A stretch of DNA of 59,792 nucleotides, counting the filler, from Gonapodya sp. JEL0774 (Eukaryota): NCBI GenBank assembly GCA_027604505.1. It is 7 parts of 7 records of this genome, joined end to end, with 100 filler letters (N's around TTAATTAATTAA, not from the genome) between each part and the next. Parts side by side here need not be neighbours in the genome. Positions count along the whole stretch, not along the records: positions 1 to 8,531 come from JADIIX010000449.1; positions 8,632 to 17,158 come from JADIIX010000450.1; 5 more parts are not named here. One strand, written 5' to 3'. The notes under the pieces are model-generated. The model worked only from the letters and a program-made list of their open reading frames with translations, did no database searches and was not told where the DNA came from. The stretch's first letter is position 1, and every line of letters begins with the position of its first letter. Positions 1-12,029 of this stretch are shown piece after piece. Both the position numbers and the translations under genes were made by a program.

Positions 1-1689
1 CGAGCTCCACATGTCCGCTTTCGCGTAATATCCTACAGCCGCCGACGTCTTCCTCCAGACTCCCGCAGCCCTCCTCATCCTGCACCGTTTGCGCTAGATT
101 TCCGCCCTTTTGCCTTCTTTCTCTCCCTGCTCTCTCCCCTCCTAAAACTCTCATCTCGCATCTCCCCCCCTTACCACCGCCTCCTTGCTCTCTCCACATC
201 TCCCACCCCAAATTTCCCGTACTGCAACTCCCTTCCATCTATCGTCTACCTCCATCTCCAACTTTCCGGCCCTAACCAACCCCCCACCAACACCGCCTAA
301 CTGCATCTCCTCCCTTCCATCCCCGTTTCATTCGTCATCTCCCAAACTGTGCGGCTTCCCTGGCCATCTCTACACCTCTCCTCCCCTCTCACCCGCAGCC
401 CCTGAACTTCCACCAGACCTTCCGTGCTCCTATGTGCCCGCGTAATCATGAAGTACGAGCTCTGTCTCGCAAATAATTGTGCCGAGTGACGGCTTCCAAG
501 TTAAGACAAGCTTGTTCTGTTCTATGCCCCTCTCTCGACGTTGTGCTAGCTGCGCTGGAGATGTACTCTTCCTTTGAACTGTCTGGTGTGCCGATGATTC
601 TGGTAGTGAGCGAACTCGATATCTCCACAATATTTTCACTTCGAATAATTTCTGTCGTCATCACGCCACGCAGTTTTATGCCCTCTCAAGCCAGGTGGCC
701 GATGTGACCCCATTCTGATCCCAAGGTTTCGTGTTCTTCCATAAATCGTCCACACCTTACTTGTCAGAACTTATCCCCCACCCCCACCTCCAAAAACACC
801 TCCCGAGCCTCTCCGGCACTCACGCAACCCCGCACCTCTCGGCCTGCATTGTCGCCCGCTTCCGGTACCTCGCTCTGATCCTAGTCACCCCGCCAACGTT
901 GTTATTCAGGGATGTCTCCTATGTCTTCGGCCTTTCACCTCGTTTCTCTTCACCCTCTCGCAACATTCCCCAGTCTCCTACACTGCTTCTCCCATCCGCG
1001 ACCGCCTTGCCTTTTTCCTCCCTTTGCTACCCTCTCCCGGTAACGAACCCCTGCTCTTGGAGGAACTTTGCATTCCCTGAGACCCCGCGCTACCTTACTC
1101 ACAAGATCTGTCGCTCTTAGCTCAGCAGCAACCCACTGCTTGCTCTCCCTTTGCTTCTCAACCTCCTCAATATCGGTCCAGTCCTACCCCATCACCCGTG
1201 TTGTCACGTCACGTTTGGCCTCCTGCTGGATCCCCCCAATGGCTACGTTGACCGTGAATTCCCAGCAGGTTTTTGCGAAGTGATTGTGGTGGTGTATTTC
1301 TGTGCTGATACAGGGATAATGTGAGGCAACTGGTCAAATAGCAGTACAGTATCGTATGTCCGTTCGGACAGTATGATGAATACCTATGCATTTTTCTCAA
1401 CACAAGAATAGAGCAAATTCACTGAAATGGTGGGAAAGAGTGAACCTCCGTAACACACTCTTGACGGGACAGTTGGCTCACCTTGGGCCTGCTAGGGGAC
1501 AGTGAGACCGTCCCCGACATTCGCAAAATCAAGTGTTGAGTGTCTGGCAACGGGAAAAACACGAACTGGCCCACTCGCCATCCGCCACCCCCTCCCTGCT
1601 GTGCCTTCTTCCGATCGCATCCACTCATTTCCGGCCGTAAGAACACACCAATCTCTTTCTTCGCTGGCTGAAACTCCATCGCTCGCGAG

Positions 1690-2150
1690 TCCGGGCTGCG
1701 GAGAGAGCTTCCAGCTTGTCTCTCGTTATTCTGGCGAGGCGGAGCTTCATTGCACGAACGAAATTGGCTGGTCGAACGATTGGACCGTTGCCATCATATT
1801 TCACATTCATTCCGATTGAGTGCAGGCCAGGCACCGTTGGTTGAAACTCCGAGTGGCTTGGAGCTCTATTAAACCTCTTCAAGAACCATAATGTTGAAGA
1901 TTTCCGCTTCTCTCAGTTGCTGCTGTTCTCGCTCATCCCGCTCTCGACGGGATCTGCGCCTAGCCCACAAACCGAGATTGAATGTCGCTCACGGAATAGC
2001 TGCTATACGATGCTCCTGTCCGATCCACAGCGCTCCAAACTTCTCAAAACGGTGCACCCTAACCCTAATCAACCCTGTGCAGCAACCGGCAAGTCCTAGA
2101 TGAGAGTAGCTATCCTTGACTCTCTTTTCAATGGTAACCTCCTCCATCTC
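1690..2150 (-). repeat. Diverged dispersed repeat, copy 1 (degenerate coding sequence)
   Basis: Minus strand reads EREQQQLREAEIFNIMVLKRFNR...LHSIGMNVKYDGNGPIVRPANFVRA, homologous to 6735-7140 on the plus strand. Boundaries approximate. Confidence 0.85.
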
Positions 2151-3555
2151 AGCCTGAAGTGCAGTGAAGAAAATGTGCAAGGTGTTCTAGTAACCGTGTG
2201 GAAAAAGCGGTCACAAGGAACTGTGTGGCTGAGTGACGGCGATAAACGTCTTGTCCACGGCCGAAAGTCGCTCCTTTACCCGGAAAAAGACACTGGCACC
2301 ACAACCGCGACGATCCATCCTGTAAGATGCAATCACAGCCATGTGTCCTGCGTTTCCATCCACGTCTACAGTAGCCGTAGCTCCCCTCATTGCCGGTGAT
2401 GCGTCTTGGTCTTCAAACACAAGGTGAGAGCTCCTTCCAATCCATCGTGGTCCTTCTTGCCCAGACCAGGTGGCTGTCATCCGCTCTTAATATCGTGAAG
2501 GAATGTTTGGTGCAACGCTGTTAAGGGTCGCGACGAATTATTTCGAGCTACAGAGGAGCCTGTTCGTGGTGAGTGAAACGAGGTGGTGACATCAGTATCG
2601 GGACTAGAGCAACGCAGAAATGTGTATGACTGCTCACCTGCACGTCAATTGAGATACTCTGGCCCTTTGATTCATCCTTGGACTTCTGGAGTTAGGCGAC
2701 GAAGATTGGAAGACCGGGTAGGGAAGCTGCAGATGATGATGCCATCCGAGTTGACAGCTGAGTACCTGACAGGAAGGATTGAAACCAGAAAAGCTTTGTG
2801 TTTTGGGAGGACAGTGATGCTGTCTGCAAGAGGGAAACGTACCTTCTTCGAACCCGAACATGGCTATCAACCCTCTCTGTCTCGCGAGAGCTAACGAGAA
2901 TTCAAGTGCATTCGCAGAAGCTACTAGTAAAATCGGAGACTTTGTGAAGATTCGGTGTCCTTTGGGCCAATAGGCGGATGGGGAGAAGGACTTAGTAGAC
3001 GTCCGCGAGCTGATGACGGGAAACGACGGCTCATCCACCACGGGAGAGCACCAATGCTCATGCGAGATGACGATCTCCATCGACGCGAGCTGCAAAAAAT
3101 GAACAATATCATCGTATCATACCTAAGGCGGCCCAGGAATGCAGGAGGGCGTTGGGCTCGTGCCGCTCTGTACGTGGACCAGTAGAGGGCTGTATCCGCC
3201 CGGAGAAGGCGATGATCCTGCGATGCTGTTTGCTCCTCTGGGTGGTGGACGGTGCAATAGTGGGGCGGAAGAGGGGAACGGTTGGCGTTGGGAGTTGGAC
3301 CGTATCGCCGTTTGACGATGCCTTCATTTTTTCAGTAGCAACTGGTCAGCAATCACAATAAAAGCAAGTATGTTTGTTTTGGATGCTCACGGCAAACGTT
3401 ACCTGATGTACCGCACTTGCGATGGCTGTGCTCTTTCAATAGTACTGATTAGGACACCACCCTCACTAACGTGACCGCTTCAACGAACAAGCTATCGATT
3501 CCACACGAGCCGGGAACAGGAGCTTGGCTATTTTCCAAGGAAACTCATTGCTATA

Positions 3556-5217
3556 ATGGCGGATGTGACGAGGGAGACAGAGCACAGGCAGACTCTGCTG
3601 GCGCATCCAGACACTTCTCCATCATCGCCGGTCCCTGATGCTGCTGATCCCCGATCCCCACAACAACAAGCACCCGCTCCCATCACGGCGCCACTCCAAC
3701 CCAATCCACAATTACCGGTCTACTTTCCGCAAAATGCCTATTCCAAGCCCGAAGACGCAGCTCCCAAGGTCACCGTTCCCCCGCCACGAAAGTTGTTCAT
3801 CGGCCTTCGGGTGTTTCAACTAACAGGAGCACTTTCCGCCTTAATTGTTTGGTGTGAGTGGAAATTGCTGTTTTCTCGGTGGAGACAAGCGAACTTCGAT
3901 CTCGGTTTCTCGTTTTCTGGTGAACAGTTGGAAATTATCTCATTTTTAAATTGATCAATATTTCGCGAGTCACATCATTCCGGGGATTGTTCTATTTTTT
4001 GTGCGTATTATCCCAATCACCGCGAGTCCATTCCTTTTGCCGTTCCTTCTCACCTATCCCTGCATGCGACAGAACCACGTCGACCATTTTGTTCACCATC
4101 GTTATATTCGTGTTCAACTACAACAGAGACTTGCGCTCGTACGTTCATCGAGAGTGGAAGAACACACTAGTCTGGTTCCCTTTCTTCTTTGATGGTGGGC
4201 TCACGATATCCTCATGTGTGATCATGGCAGACTCGTATTGACTGCAGTGTCCGTCTTCAGTTGCCTACCTTGCATCTTGGCTTGCTTGTCTGTACAACGA
4301 CATCGACAATTTCAGACTCGTTATAGTGGGTCTCAGAGCTTCATCCCTGTTTTGGGGAGAACTTGCACATTTAACAATTTTGGTCAGAAGGGCTACCGCT
4401 ACTGGGACTTGCCCCTTTTCTATGGTCTTCTTTTTGTGTCAGAACTCGTTGTTGCCTTGAGCTTCTTTATTGTCTTGATGCGGCGGTGTGTGAAGCGTGA
4501 TAGTGCTTTTGCGGAGGGTAAGTTTTCCATTCATAGATTGGTTATCATGCTGATCTCACAGTTCCCTCGTATGACCCGACTTCCTTCCTTGACTTGAATT
4601 GGCATTTCTACTTGTAATGGCTGCCGCGCTTCTGGCGACAATTTCTTGAACATACACATCAACAATTACAAGAACAAGCTGCGAAATACACGGTCCCACC
4701 CATGGCACGGACAGCCACCTCACCGTCCCCTTACATTCCTCAGGCACCCTCCGGTGTACCTATGCAAATGCAACCCTACCAAACCCCACCATACGCGCAG
4801 ATGAACGCACCTACTGGGGGCAATTCACCAACGCCTGGGGCTCAACTCCAGTATTTTGCACCCTATCCGTATCAGTACAATCAACCGCAAGGGACGATGG
4901 CACCACCATCCCCGCAAGCAAGCCCGCAGCCGGGATATCAGTATAACCAACCGCAGGGGGTGACGACACCACCATCCCTGCAGGCAAGCCCTCAGCCGGG
5001 ATATCAGTATAACCAACCGCAAGGGGTGACGACACCACCATCCCTGCAGGCAAGCCCTCAGCCGGGATATCAGTATAATCAACCGCAAGGGGTGACGATA
5101 CCACCATCCCCGCAGGCAAGCCTGCAACCGGGATCGCCCACGATGGTTCCGGCTCTTCCAACGTTCCCTAACAACGGTACCAACACTCTCCCATCTGCTA
5201 CAACCAATGCAAGATAA
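3556..5217 (+). CDS. Multi-exon multi-pass membrane protein (MARVEL-like topology) with Pro/Gln/Tyr-rich repetitive C-tail
   Basis: ATG 3556, Pro-rich N-terminus, TM segment KLFIGLRVFQLTGALSALIVW followed by a GTGAGT donor, further hydrophobic exons at 4070-4650, and a final PQY-rich exon ending TAA 5217. Exact exon structure not resolved. Confidence 0.65.
4870..5133 (+). repeat. Coding minisatellite, 4 x 66 bp (YQYNQPQGVTTPPSLQASPQPG)
   Basis: Units start at 4870, 4936, 5002 and 5068; near-identical and in frame. Confidence 0.97.
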
Positions 5218-6230
5218 TTCAATATGTCTGGGACTCGGGTGGTCACTTTTGTGCGTGATCGGGAGAGTTGGAAAGTCATTTTTCCGCCGGATTCAGAGGT
5301 GATTTACTGCGAAGCAAGGGCCGTCGCCTCGAGCGTTTGTGGGCAAATGGGGTGAGAAAACGAACTAAAATCTGAAATTTTAAATCTCCAAAGTAGTATT
5401 TGTAGTACTAGAGTATGAATCGATTCATATCCTCCTCCGTTAATTGGCATTCCTGGATGGGGTGTATGTAGTTTGTGGGCGCTGGTGCTCCTTTCATTGA
5501 ATCACCTCCCTCACCTCCACTTTTTCTCCGCTCGTGCGACTTTGTTCTCATCAACTGCTCCCAAAAGCGTATATCTCTGATCCTTGACCGTCTCGCTACC
5601 TTCCCTGAGCGCGGCAGAGTCCTGTTGGGAACTCTGGTTTGCATCAGAATGATTCGATAACTGTTGGCTCTTCAGGCGAGGTCTGTACCCGTTTGGGTTT
5701 GCTGGGTGGTTTACGCGACCTTTTCGGTGTGCGGCGAGGTGGCATTCTGTGACTGTTGTTAACCGAAATCGACGAGCAGTATGGAACGAGAGGGAGTGAG
5801 GAGAAGCGAACACGTTTCTCAAATCCCTGATGAGTGTCCCACCTGGAACGGAAGAGCGATTATGATAGGCGAAGGAAAGAAGGGAACTTCACTTGTTCAC
5901 GGCCGAGCAACATAGTGCGTGAACACAAACCAGCCTGCAGCATCACAAAGACAAACCCACCCAAATATAGAAAGCAAACACAAATGCATGAATCCAGAGC
6001 AGGAATCGGCGCAGTCTGCGCTCCAGTTGCATTCGAGAAGCTCGGTACTTTCTGAGAAGTGGTAGTCCGAAATCAACGCAATACTATTGTTGTATTCATT
6101 TGACATTTGACTATTGTTGTATTCAAAATGTAAATTAATTACAGCGATTTTTTGCGCAGTCGGCGTGTCCTATGGATATGTCGCGACGGCATCTCCACTC
6201 CGCCGATCACCGCTCGCACTCGTACGTTTC

Positions 6231-6754
6231 ATGTCGACAGAAAACACGTCTTCTCGGCCTCATGCTCCTTCTTCTCCCGCATCCAAGTCAGCAGCGCAGC
6301 CCACAAATTCTATTCCTCCGTTGATTCCCTCCTCTATATCTGCAATCACTCCCATAACTCCCCCAGACGTGTTCAAGCACGATCCTGTAAGCTTGTATTG
6401 ACTTGGTGCTTTGGACTTTCCTCTCACATGCGCCATCCTCTATATTCCGATTTGAAGGTCGTCTCCCTCGTCGTCACCACCATCATGCACCACGGTCGCA
6501 AGTCCCTTGCCGAACGCCTCGTCTCCGACTCTGTCCGCCTCATTGCTGCTATCACAAACCAGGACACCGTCCAATTCCTCACCCGTGCTGTCGATTCGTT
6601 CGCACCCCTGGTGGGTCTCAAAACTTCCACTCGAGGAGCTACTCGCACGTCGATATCCTGGCCCCTTCATGAACGTGCACGACGGTGCACCGCGATACTC
6701 TGGAACAAGGAAGCGGCGGATAGGATCCACTCAGTGGTGATGGAGAAGGTTTGA
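6231..6754 (+). pseudogene. RSM7: Truncated mitochondrial ribosomal protein uS7m
   Basis: Removing intron 6387-6457 (GTAAGC...AAG) gives HDPVVSLVVTTIMHHGRKSLAERLV...AVDSFAPLVGLK...PLHERARRCTAILW, matching uS7 motifs. The conserved C-terminal helices are missing. Confidence 0.8.
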
Positions 6755-7140
6755 AAGGGAGTCAAGGACAGACACTCACATCTTTGACTTGCAAGCCGCT
6801 GTACAGGGTCGTTTTTCTCTACGATCGTAGCTATTCCGCTAGCCCCATCCGAAATCAGGTTGTGGGGAAGGCGGAGATCCGCCGGGAGCGGTATGAGCGA
6901 GAACAGCATCACCTACGAGAAGCAGTATGAGCGAGAACAGCATCAACTACGAGAAGCGGAACTCTTCAACATCGTGGTTCTCAAGAAGTTCAATCGACCT
7001 CCAAACACCTCGGAAATCCAATCATTCCTACACTCAATCGGAATGAATTTGAATTATCGCGGCAACGGTTCAATCGTTCTACCGGCCAACTTCGTTCGTG
7101 CACCGCTCCATCTTGCCATTCGGGGGAGAGATGAGCTGCG
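6735..7140 (+). repeat. Diverged dispersed repeat, copy 2, with internal 34-bp tandem duplication
   Basis: Inverted homologue of 1690-2150; GTATGAGCGAGAACAGCATCA(C/A)CTACGAGAAGC is duplicated at 6891-6924 and 6925-6958. Confidence 0.85.
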
Positions 7141-7359
7141 GTAAAAATTTAGATGAAGCGAGCGGGGGACACTGGGGAGGCTAAGAAGGGAGGTCGTTTT
7201 TGGTGCACAATGGTTCGTGAAACCGTGTTCTTGTTCTGAAACTGTATTTTGGAATTGCTCATGATTCCTCTGACCTGTGTTCCTTTCTCTGTTCTCATAT
7301 ATACGAGGAGGGTGGAGGGCTTGGGTTCATGGCCCAGGCAATGTTCAATTTTCTATCTA

Positions 7360-7675
7360 AGAGCAACTCACCCCGTCCTGGGGGATGGGTTGGACTTGAG
7401 CTCCAGAGGCAACTGTTGGTGGGGAATTCTGAGAGTATCTCACCCTGTCCTATGGGATGGGGTGGATTTGAGCTTTCCCAGAGTTCCCAGGAGTTCTGGG
7501 TGGCTTTAAATTCTTTGTGCGGGGCACTGAGACCGAGACACAAATCAAGAGCCTGTCGGCTGCTGATCCGGACCCTCTTTGTGAAGCGCCGTTGGATTTG
7601 AGCATTTCACCCTACAGTGTGGGGTGGGGTGATTAAAATTATTCTTGGGAGAGCATCTCGCCCTGTCCTATCATG
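7360..7675. repeat. Short degenerate direct repeats with hairpin potential
   Basis: TCACCC(C/T)GTCCT...GATGGG(T/G)TGGA(C/T)TTGAGCT at about 7368 and 7440, with partial copies near 7607 and 7657. Confidence 0.6.
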
Positions 7676-8531
7676 TTGCTGGGTTATTACGTTGGGCACG
7701 AGGGTAACCTTCTTGAGATGTCGCCAGATCAACCTCTTGCTTGTTTCTCAGAAGCCCCATTCTCTCCATGGAGCAATTGAGCATCATCAAGCATATGAAA
7801 AGGTTCTGCCCTTCGCGGCGTCGGGTGTTGGAGGAGAATATGGCTTAAGTCGATGATGTGACCGACGTGTAGATGATCCAGGTGTCTCGATCCTGTGCTA
7901 GCCAAAAAGTAGGAAGACGTCTGACTAGTGTACTGCTGCTGTTGTCAACGGCTTCCAGCGGTTTGTCAGAAGCGAAAGTCAGTTAGTATTTCTAGCTTGG
8001 CATGGATGTGTTCCTACACTGTAGCGGGGAGTTCACAAATCACTTGCCGTTCCTCTTCATCCTCTCTGTTCACCCTAACCGGACCTGTGACAAGAATGTG
8101 GGGAGGAAGAACAACACCAAGGAGAGACACCAAGACGTCGAGCCTAGGATTTGTCGCCAACTATCCCAACACCACTGGACCAAATTCGAACCGTCGCAAG
8201 ACTGTAGTTTCGCAGCGAGATGTACCAGGAATAACACAATCTGTCATGCCGAACCTTATATCGGAGGGCGTAGGGCCATATCGGTGAGTCATGTGTTCCT
8301 TCCAGTTCCGTGGATCCTCTCCTTCAGTTTCCTTTAAAGCGGTTAACGTGGCCTGGATTCAAAGTTGTACCGTAGAGACGTTGGTAACCTGCGGTTATTG
8401 TTCATCTCTGTATTGTCAGCGTTATTGTGTCACACATATCACATGGCAACAACGTTGCCTCTTTGCCGCATTGCTCTCAAATACGCGCGCTCAGAAGTCA
8501 TTCATTTGTGGTCCATTTCCTCAATCGCAAA

Positions 8532-8631
8532 NNNNNNNNNNNNNNNNNNNNNNNNNNNNNNNNNNNNNNNNNNNNTTAATTAATTAANNNNNNNNNNNNN
8601 NNNNNNNNNNNNNNNNNNNNNNNNNNNNNNN
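8532..8631. other. Artificial contig linker
   Basis: 44 N + TTAATTAATTAA (stops in all six frames) + 44 N. Confidence 0.99.
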
Positions 8632-9889
8632 CGAAAAGGACAAGAAAGATCACCGAAAAGATTGGAGGAATGGCCGGATTTGAAAGATTAAGAGTCAACT
8701 AGATGGTTGAATGTGAGTTTTTGGGTTTCGAGTCTTTCTTGAGGAAATTCAGAGTACATGCAACAGCGGGAACTCACCTCCGGGTTTGTATACTGACCGA
8801 ACATGAGGTATCCGATCACAGCAAATAAGAGGTAAGTGGACACAATAATAGCATACGAGGTACCGATGAGTTGAGGAAAATCCTGTTGTCGAGACATTTG
8901 TCGGTATATTGTGGGAATGCAAATGTCTGTCGAAACAAAATAACCGAGATGTAGAGTAGTAAGCAAGCGCAAAGTCAACAAAACTCAGGAAAAGAAACAT
9001 TGCTTACGTCCAGCGAGACCAGCCATGATAATTGCTCCCGAGAAGGGCACTGACCAGAGATTCGTGGGAGAGAGCCGGGTGGGAAGCGGATGCTGGAAAG
9101 ACCCTATGGTCTCGTTAGACCCAGTGGACAGAGTGAAGAAAAGGAAGACGAGCGAGAAAACAAGCGTAAATATAGCGATCACGCCTTCGAAATTGAGGAT
9201 CTTGCTGCATTTAGCCTGTGAGATGACTGTTTTGTGGTTGCTCACTCACCCAAAGCACTTCCGTAAGCAAGAAACTTCCACGACCTCAGCCAAGTGGAAG
9301 GAGTTAGGCAGGCCACAGAAATTACTTTCAGAGCCCAAAGAGGAAGCGGACTAGTGGTTTCTCCCCCAAGGAGAACCAGCAGGGAGTCGGACATGAGGAG
9401 AACAAGCGACACAGTCGAAAAGAACAGATCTGGAGGGCGGCGAGATGAATTTCCGCACAGAATGAAAACATTTTGTCCTCTCTCACCGGACGCAAAGATT
9501 GTTACCACGATGCCGTACCCCAGCGTGCCAAATGCTGCCCCACCGATGTCTTCGTAGTTGACAAGATTTATCGCTTCTCTAGTATCCCTCTCCGCAGTAA
9601 CAATATCAACACATTTTCCAAGTAAGCCAGCTGTGAATGTAGTGATCACACATAGAACAATCAGCGCCCCGATTCCTGCGATCCATCCTGACACGGACAC
9701 CGCGAATGGGAGAGCGAGGATCCCAATACCGAGAAGAACATTACACGTATTGGATACGGATTGGGAGAATGAAGAGAGGCTGTCGTCGTCTTGAATATTG
9801 TCGATTTGTGTGATGTCGTCATCAGTTCCGTCTACGAGGGTGAGAGATGACTCCCCTGAAACAGTCCGACTTGCAGAGTCACGCAACAT
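8632..9889 (-). CDS. AVT1: Vacuolar amino acid transporter, Aa_trans/AVT1 family (3' end cut by contig edge)
   Basis: SSFSQSVSNTCNVLLGIGILALPFAVSVSGW, LLGKC, YEDIGGAAFG, IPTIYRQMSRQQDF and IGYLMFG across intron-separated exons. Start codon uncertain. Confidence 0.88.
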
Positions 9890-10124
9890 GAAGTTTTCAA
9901 CAGAGGTCTTTGGGATGAAGCCGTAGCCGATTCCCTCGCGAATGAATCTATAGCGGAGTAGAGTAGATTGACTGACGGTGTTGGTGCCTGGTGATTTTTG
10001 TGGGTGAATATTATGCCCTGCCTCTCTACAACACCTGTCCCCAACCTTGGCCTGGCAGCGCGCTCTAAACAGTTGCCTTCCGTATACTCGCCTGTCCCCC
10101 ACGTCGGCGGCTTTTGATTCCATT

Positions 10125-11769
10125 ATGTACACTCGCGACCCCTTCAGCGTCCGCAACGCGTCGGGCCAGATGGTTTCGATCCTCAATACCGACACGATCA
10201 TCGAAACACGCGATCATCAGGTGGCGTCGCGGAGTACCAAGGTCATCCCGGCACCAATCCGAACTCGCCGTGACGAATCAATCTGCAATTCGAACGAATG
10301 GTCCCCCACGACGGCTTCCCCTTCGGACGACTGGAGCTCGCGGTTGTCCAAACTGGCGCTCATCTGCTCCATTCGTTCGGAGCCCGGCAGCTCTCCTCGC
10401 CTTATGTCGACATCGTCAATGGCTATGACTAAGCCGCAGAATCAGCAGGCTATCTATTCTCACTTCTATGAACCCCATTCTGCATCGTTCAGTCAGGAAC
10501 GGTCTCAAGATGAATTCTATATCCCCTGTCCACCAAACAACGTGAAAGCCAAATTGATGCAGTCCCGACCAGGTGTGGCAACGCAAAGCGGGTGGTCTGA
10601 ATGGACTAAGTCAAGGTACGAGGACGACAGATACGGGATCCGCCTTCCTCCGCTCCCGACGTCAGTCGCTGGAGGAGGGCCTCAAGAAAACTCAGAAACG
10701 AGGACTTCGCTCGTATTGAATAAACGCATCCCGCATGGACACACTCTGCACCAGAATTCGAACGAAAGCGTCGGGCATGGGCCTGCCTGGGGCTATTTTG
10801 AAAGTGATATACGTTCACAACAATGGCACTGCGACCGCGAAAACAACCAACCGAACAGAAGTCTTGAACGGGAAAACTTGAGTGCGTTTACGCACTCAAC
10901 CTTCAATGTACCGTGGTGCGAGGGCTCCACGAACAGTCAGAAGTTGCAAGAGCGTGATGCGGAGTTGTCACGGGTAAGTACCTCATCGTATCTGGTTTAA
11001 ACTAATAGAGAGAACTGCAATTGAAGAAACTTTCACTATCTCAATGGCCATCACTAGGCCCCAGCAACACGATACGGCGCTCTCAGCCCCTCACCGTCCT
11101 TCCGTGACGATATCCACTCACCAAGTCTTGCCGATTCTGAGCCAGAAGATTACCCGAATGAGAGTGGCCGCAATGCTAACAAGGTCAAAGCGACGACGTC
11201 GAAGGACAAATCTGGGCGGGGCACCACCAGGCCCAAAAGACGGCGCAAACCACATCCGTGCTCTATTTGTGGGAAGTCGAACTTTATTAGCTCGTAAGAA
11301 ACAATTTGCTCTGAAGGATATGAGGGGATTTGCAGTTCCCGCTGATTGTTGACCTTTCTCATGCAGCACGCACCTCGCGAGGCACATGAGAAGTCATACT
11401 GGAGAGAAACCGTGAGCTGGGACCGACTTTATGTTGTTCGGTAAAGCTATCTAACTGTAATTAATCGTTGCTTCCTTCCATGGCAGATTTGGGTGCGACC
11501 ATCCAGGTTCGATCAACGTTGCCTGCGACCTTTGACATGCCTTACATTTATGACTCACCATCACGGTTCCTTCACACCATTGATTCCCTCCAAACAAATC
11601 ATCAGGTTGTAGCGCCCGCTTCAGCAGGTAAGATCACTCCGGAAATGTATATTGGTGAATGTCTCAGAGACTCTTAGTCCTAACAAATAATTCATAACCT
11701 GCATTCTCCATCACCAGGCGAGACAACGCTCTCACGCATTTTCGCATGCATGGACGCAAGATGGAGTGA
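10125..11769 (+). CDS. Two-finger C2H2 transcription factor, Nrg1-like
   Basis: Spliced fingers read CSICGKSNFISSTHLARHMRSHTGEKP and FGCDHPGCSARFSRRDNALTHFRMH using canonical GT-AG introns; stop TGA 11767-11769. Start could be 10125, 10404 or 10419. Confidence 0.85.
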
Positions 11770-12029
11770 AGACAATGTGTGTGAACGGTTCATCCGACAG
11801 GTGTTTTGGAAGAGGGATTGTGCAGGCTAGGGTCAGGATCGTGTGTACATAAGTAGAGTAAGAACGAACATTTTAACACTCGAGCATACACTCGCAGTGT
11901 CGGCAGTATAAGGTTGTATGCAGCCGGGAGGTCAGTTATGGGGAGCCAACTGAAGGTGGCACAGCGATCACCTGGGGAAGTTCAACCCATGTTTTCCCCT
12001 CTCAAACTCCACCAACTACCCCGACAATC

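Noticed and set aside
2057..2076. Telomere-like CCCTAACCCTAA
   Set aside because: Only two units, inside a degenerate coding repeat; consistent with chance
7360..7675. CRISPR-like repeat-spacer appearance
   Set aside because: Few, degenerate and irregularly spaced repeats, eukaryotic context, no cas genes
8576..8587. TTAATTAATTAA palindrome recurring about every 8.4-8.5 kb
   Set aside because: Artificial linker flanked by Ns; contigs are size-sorted, so neighbourhood across linkers has no biological meaning
10047..10201. Apparent antisense overlap of the AVT1 and C2H2 ORFs
   Set aside because: Arises from ORF extension to upstream starts; likely starts at 9889 and 10125 give an ordinary divergent pair
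11278..11354. Possible non-canonical intron ending in AC within zinc finger 1 (apparent FSCSTHL reading)
   Set aside because: A canonical GTAAGA...CAG intron gives an equally valid finger (FISSTHL)
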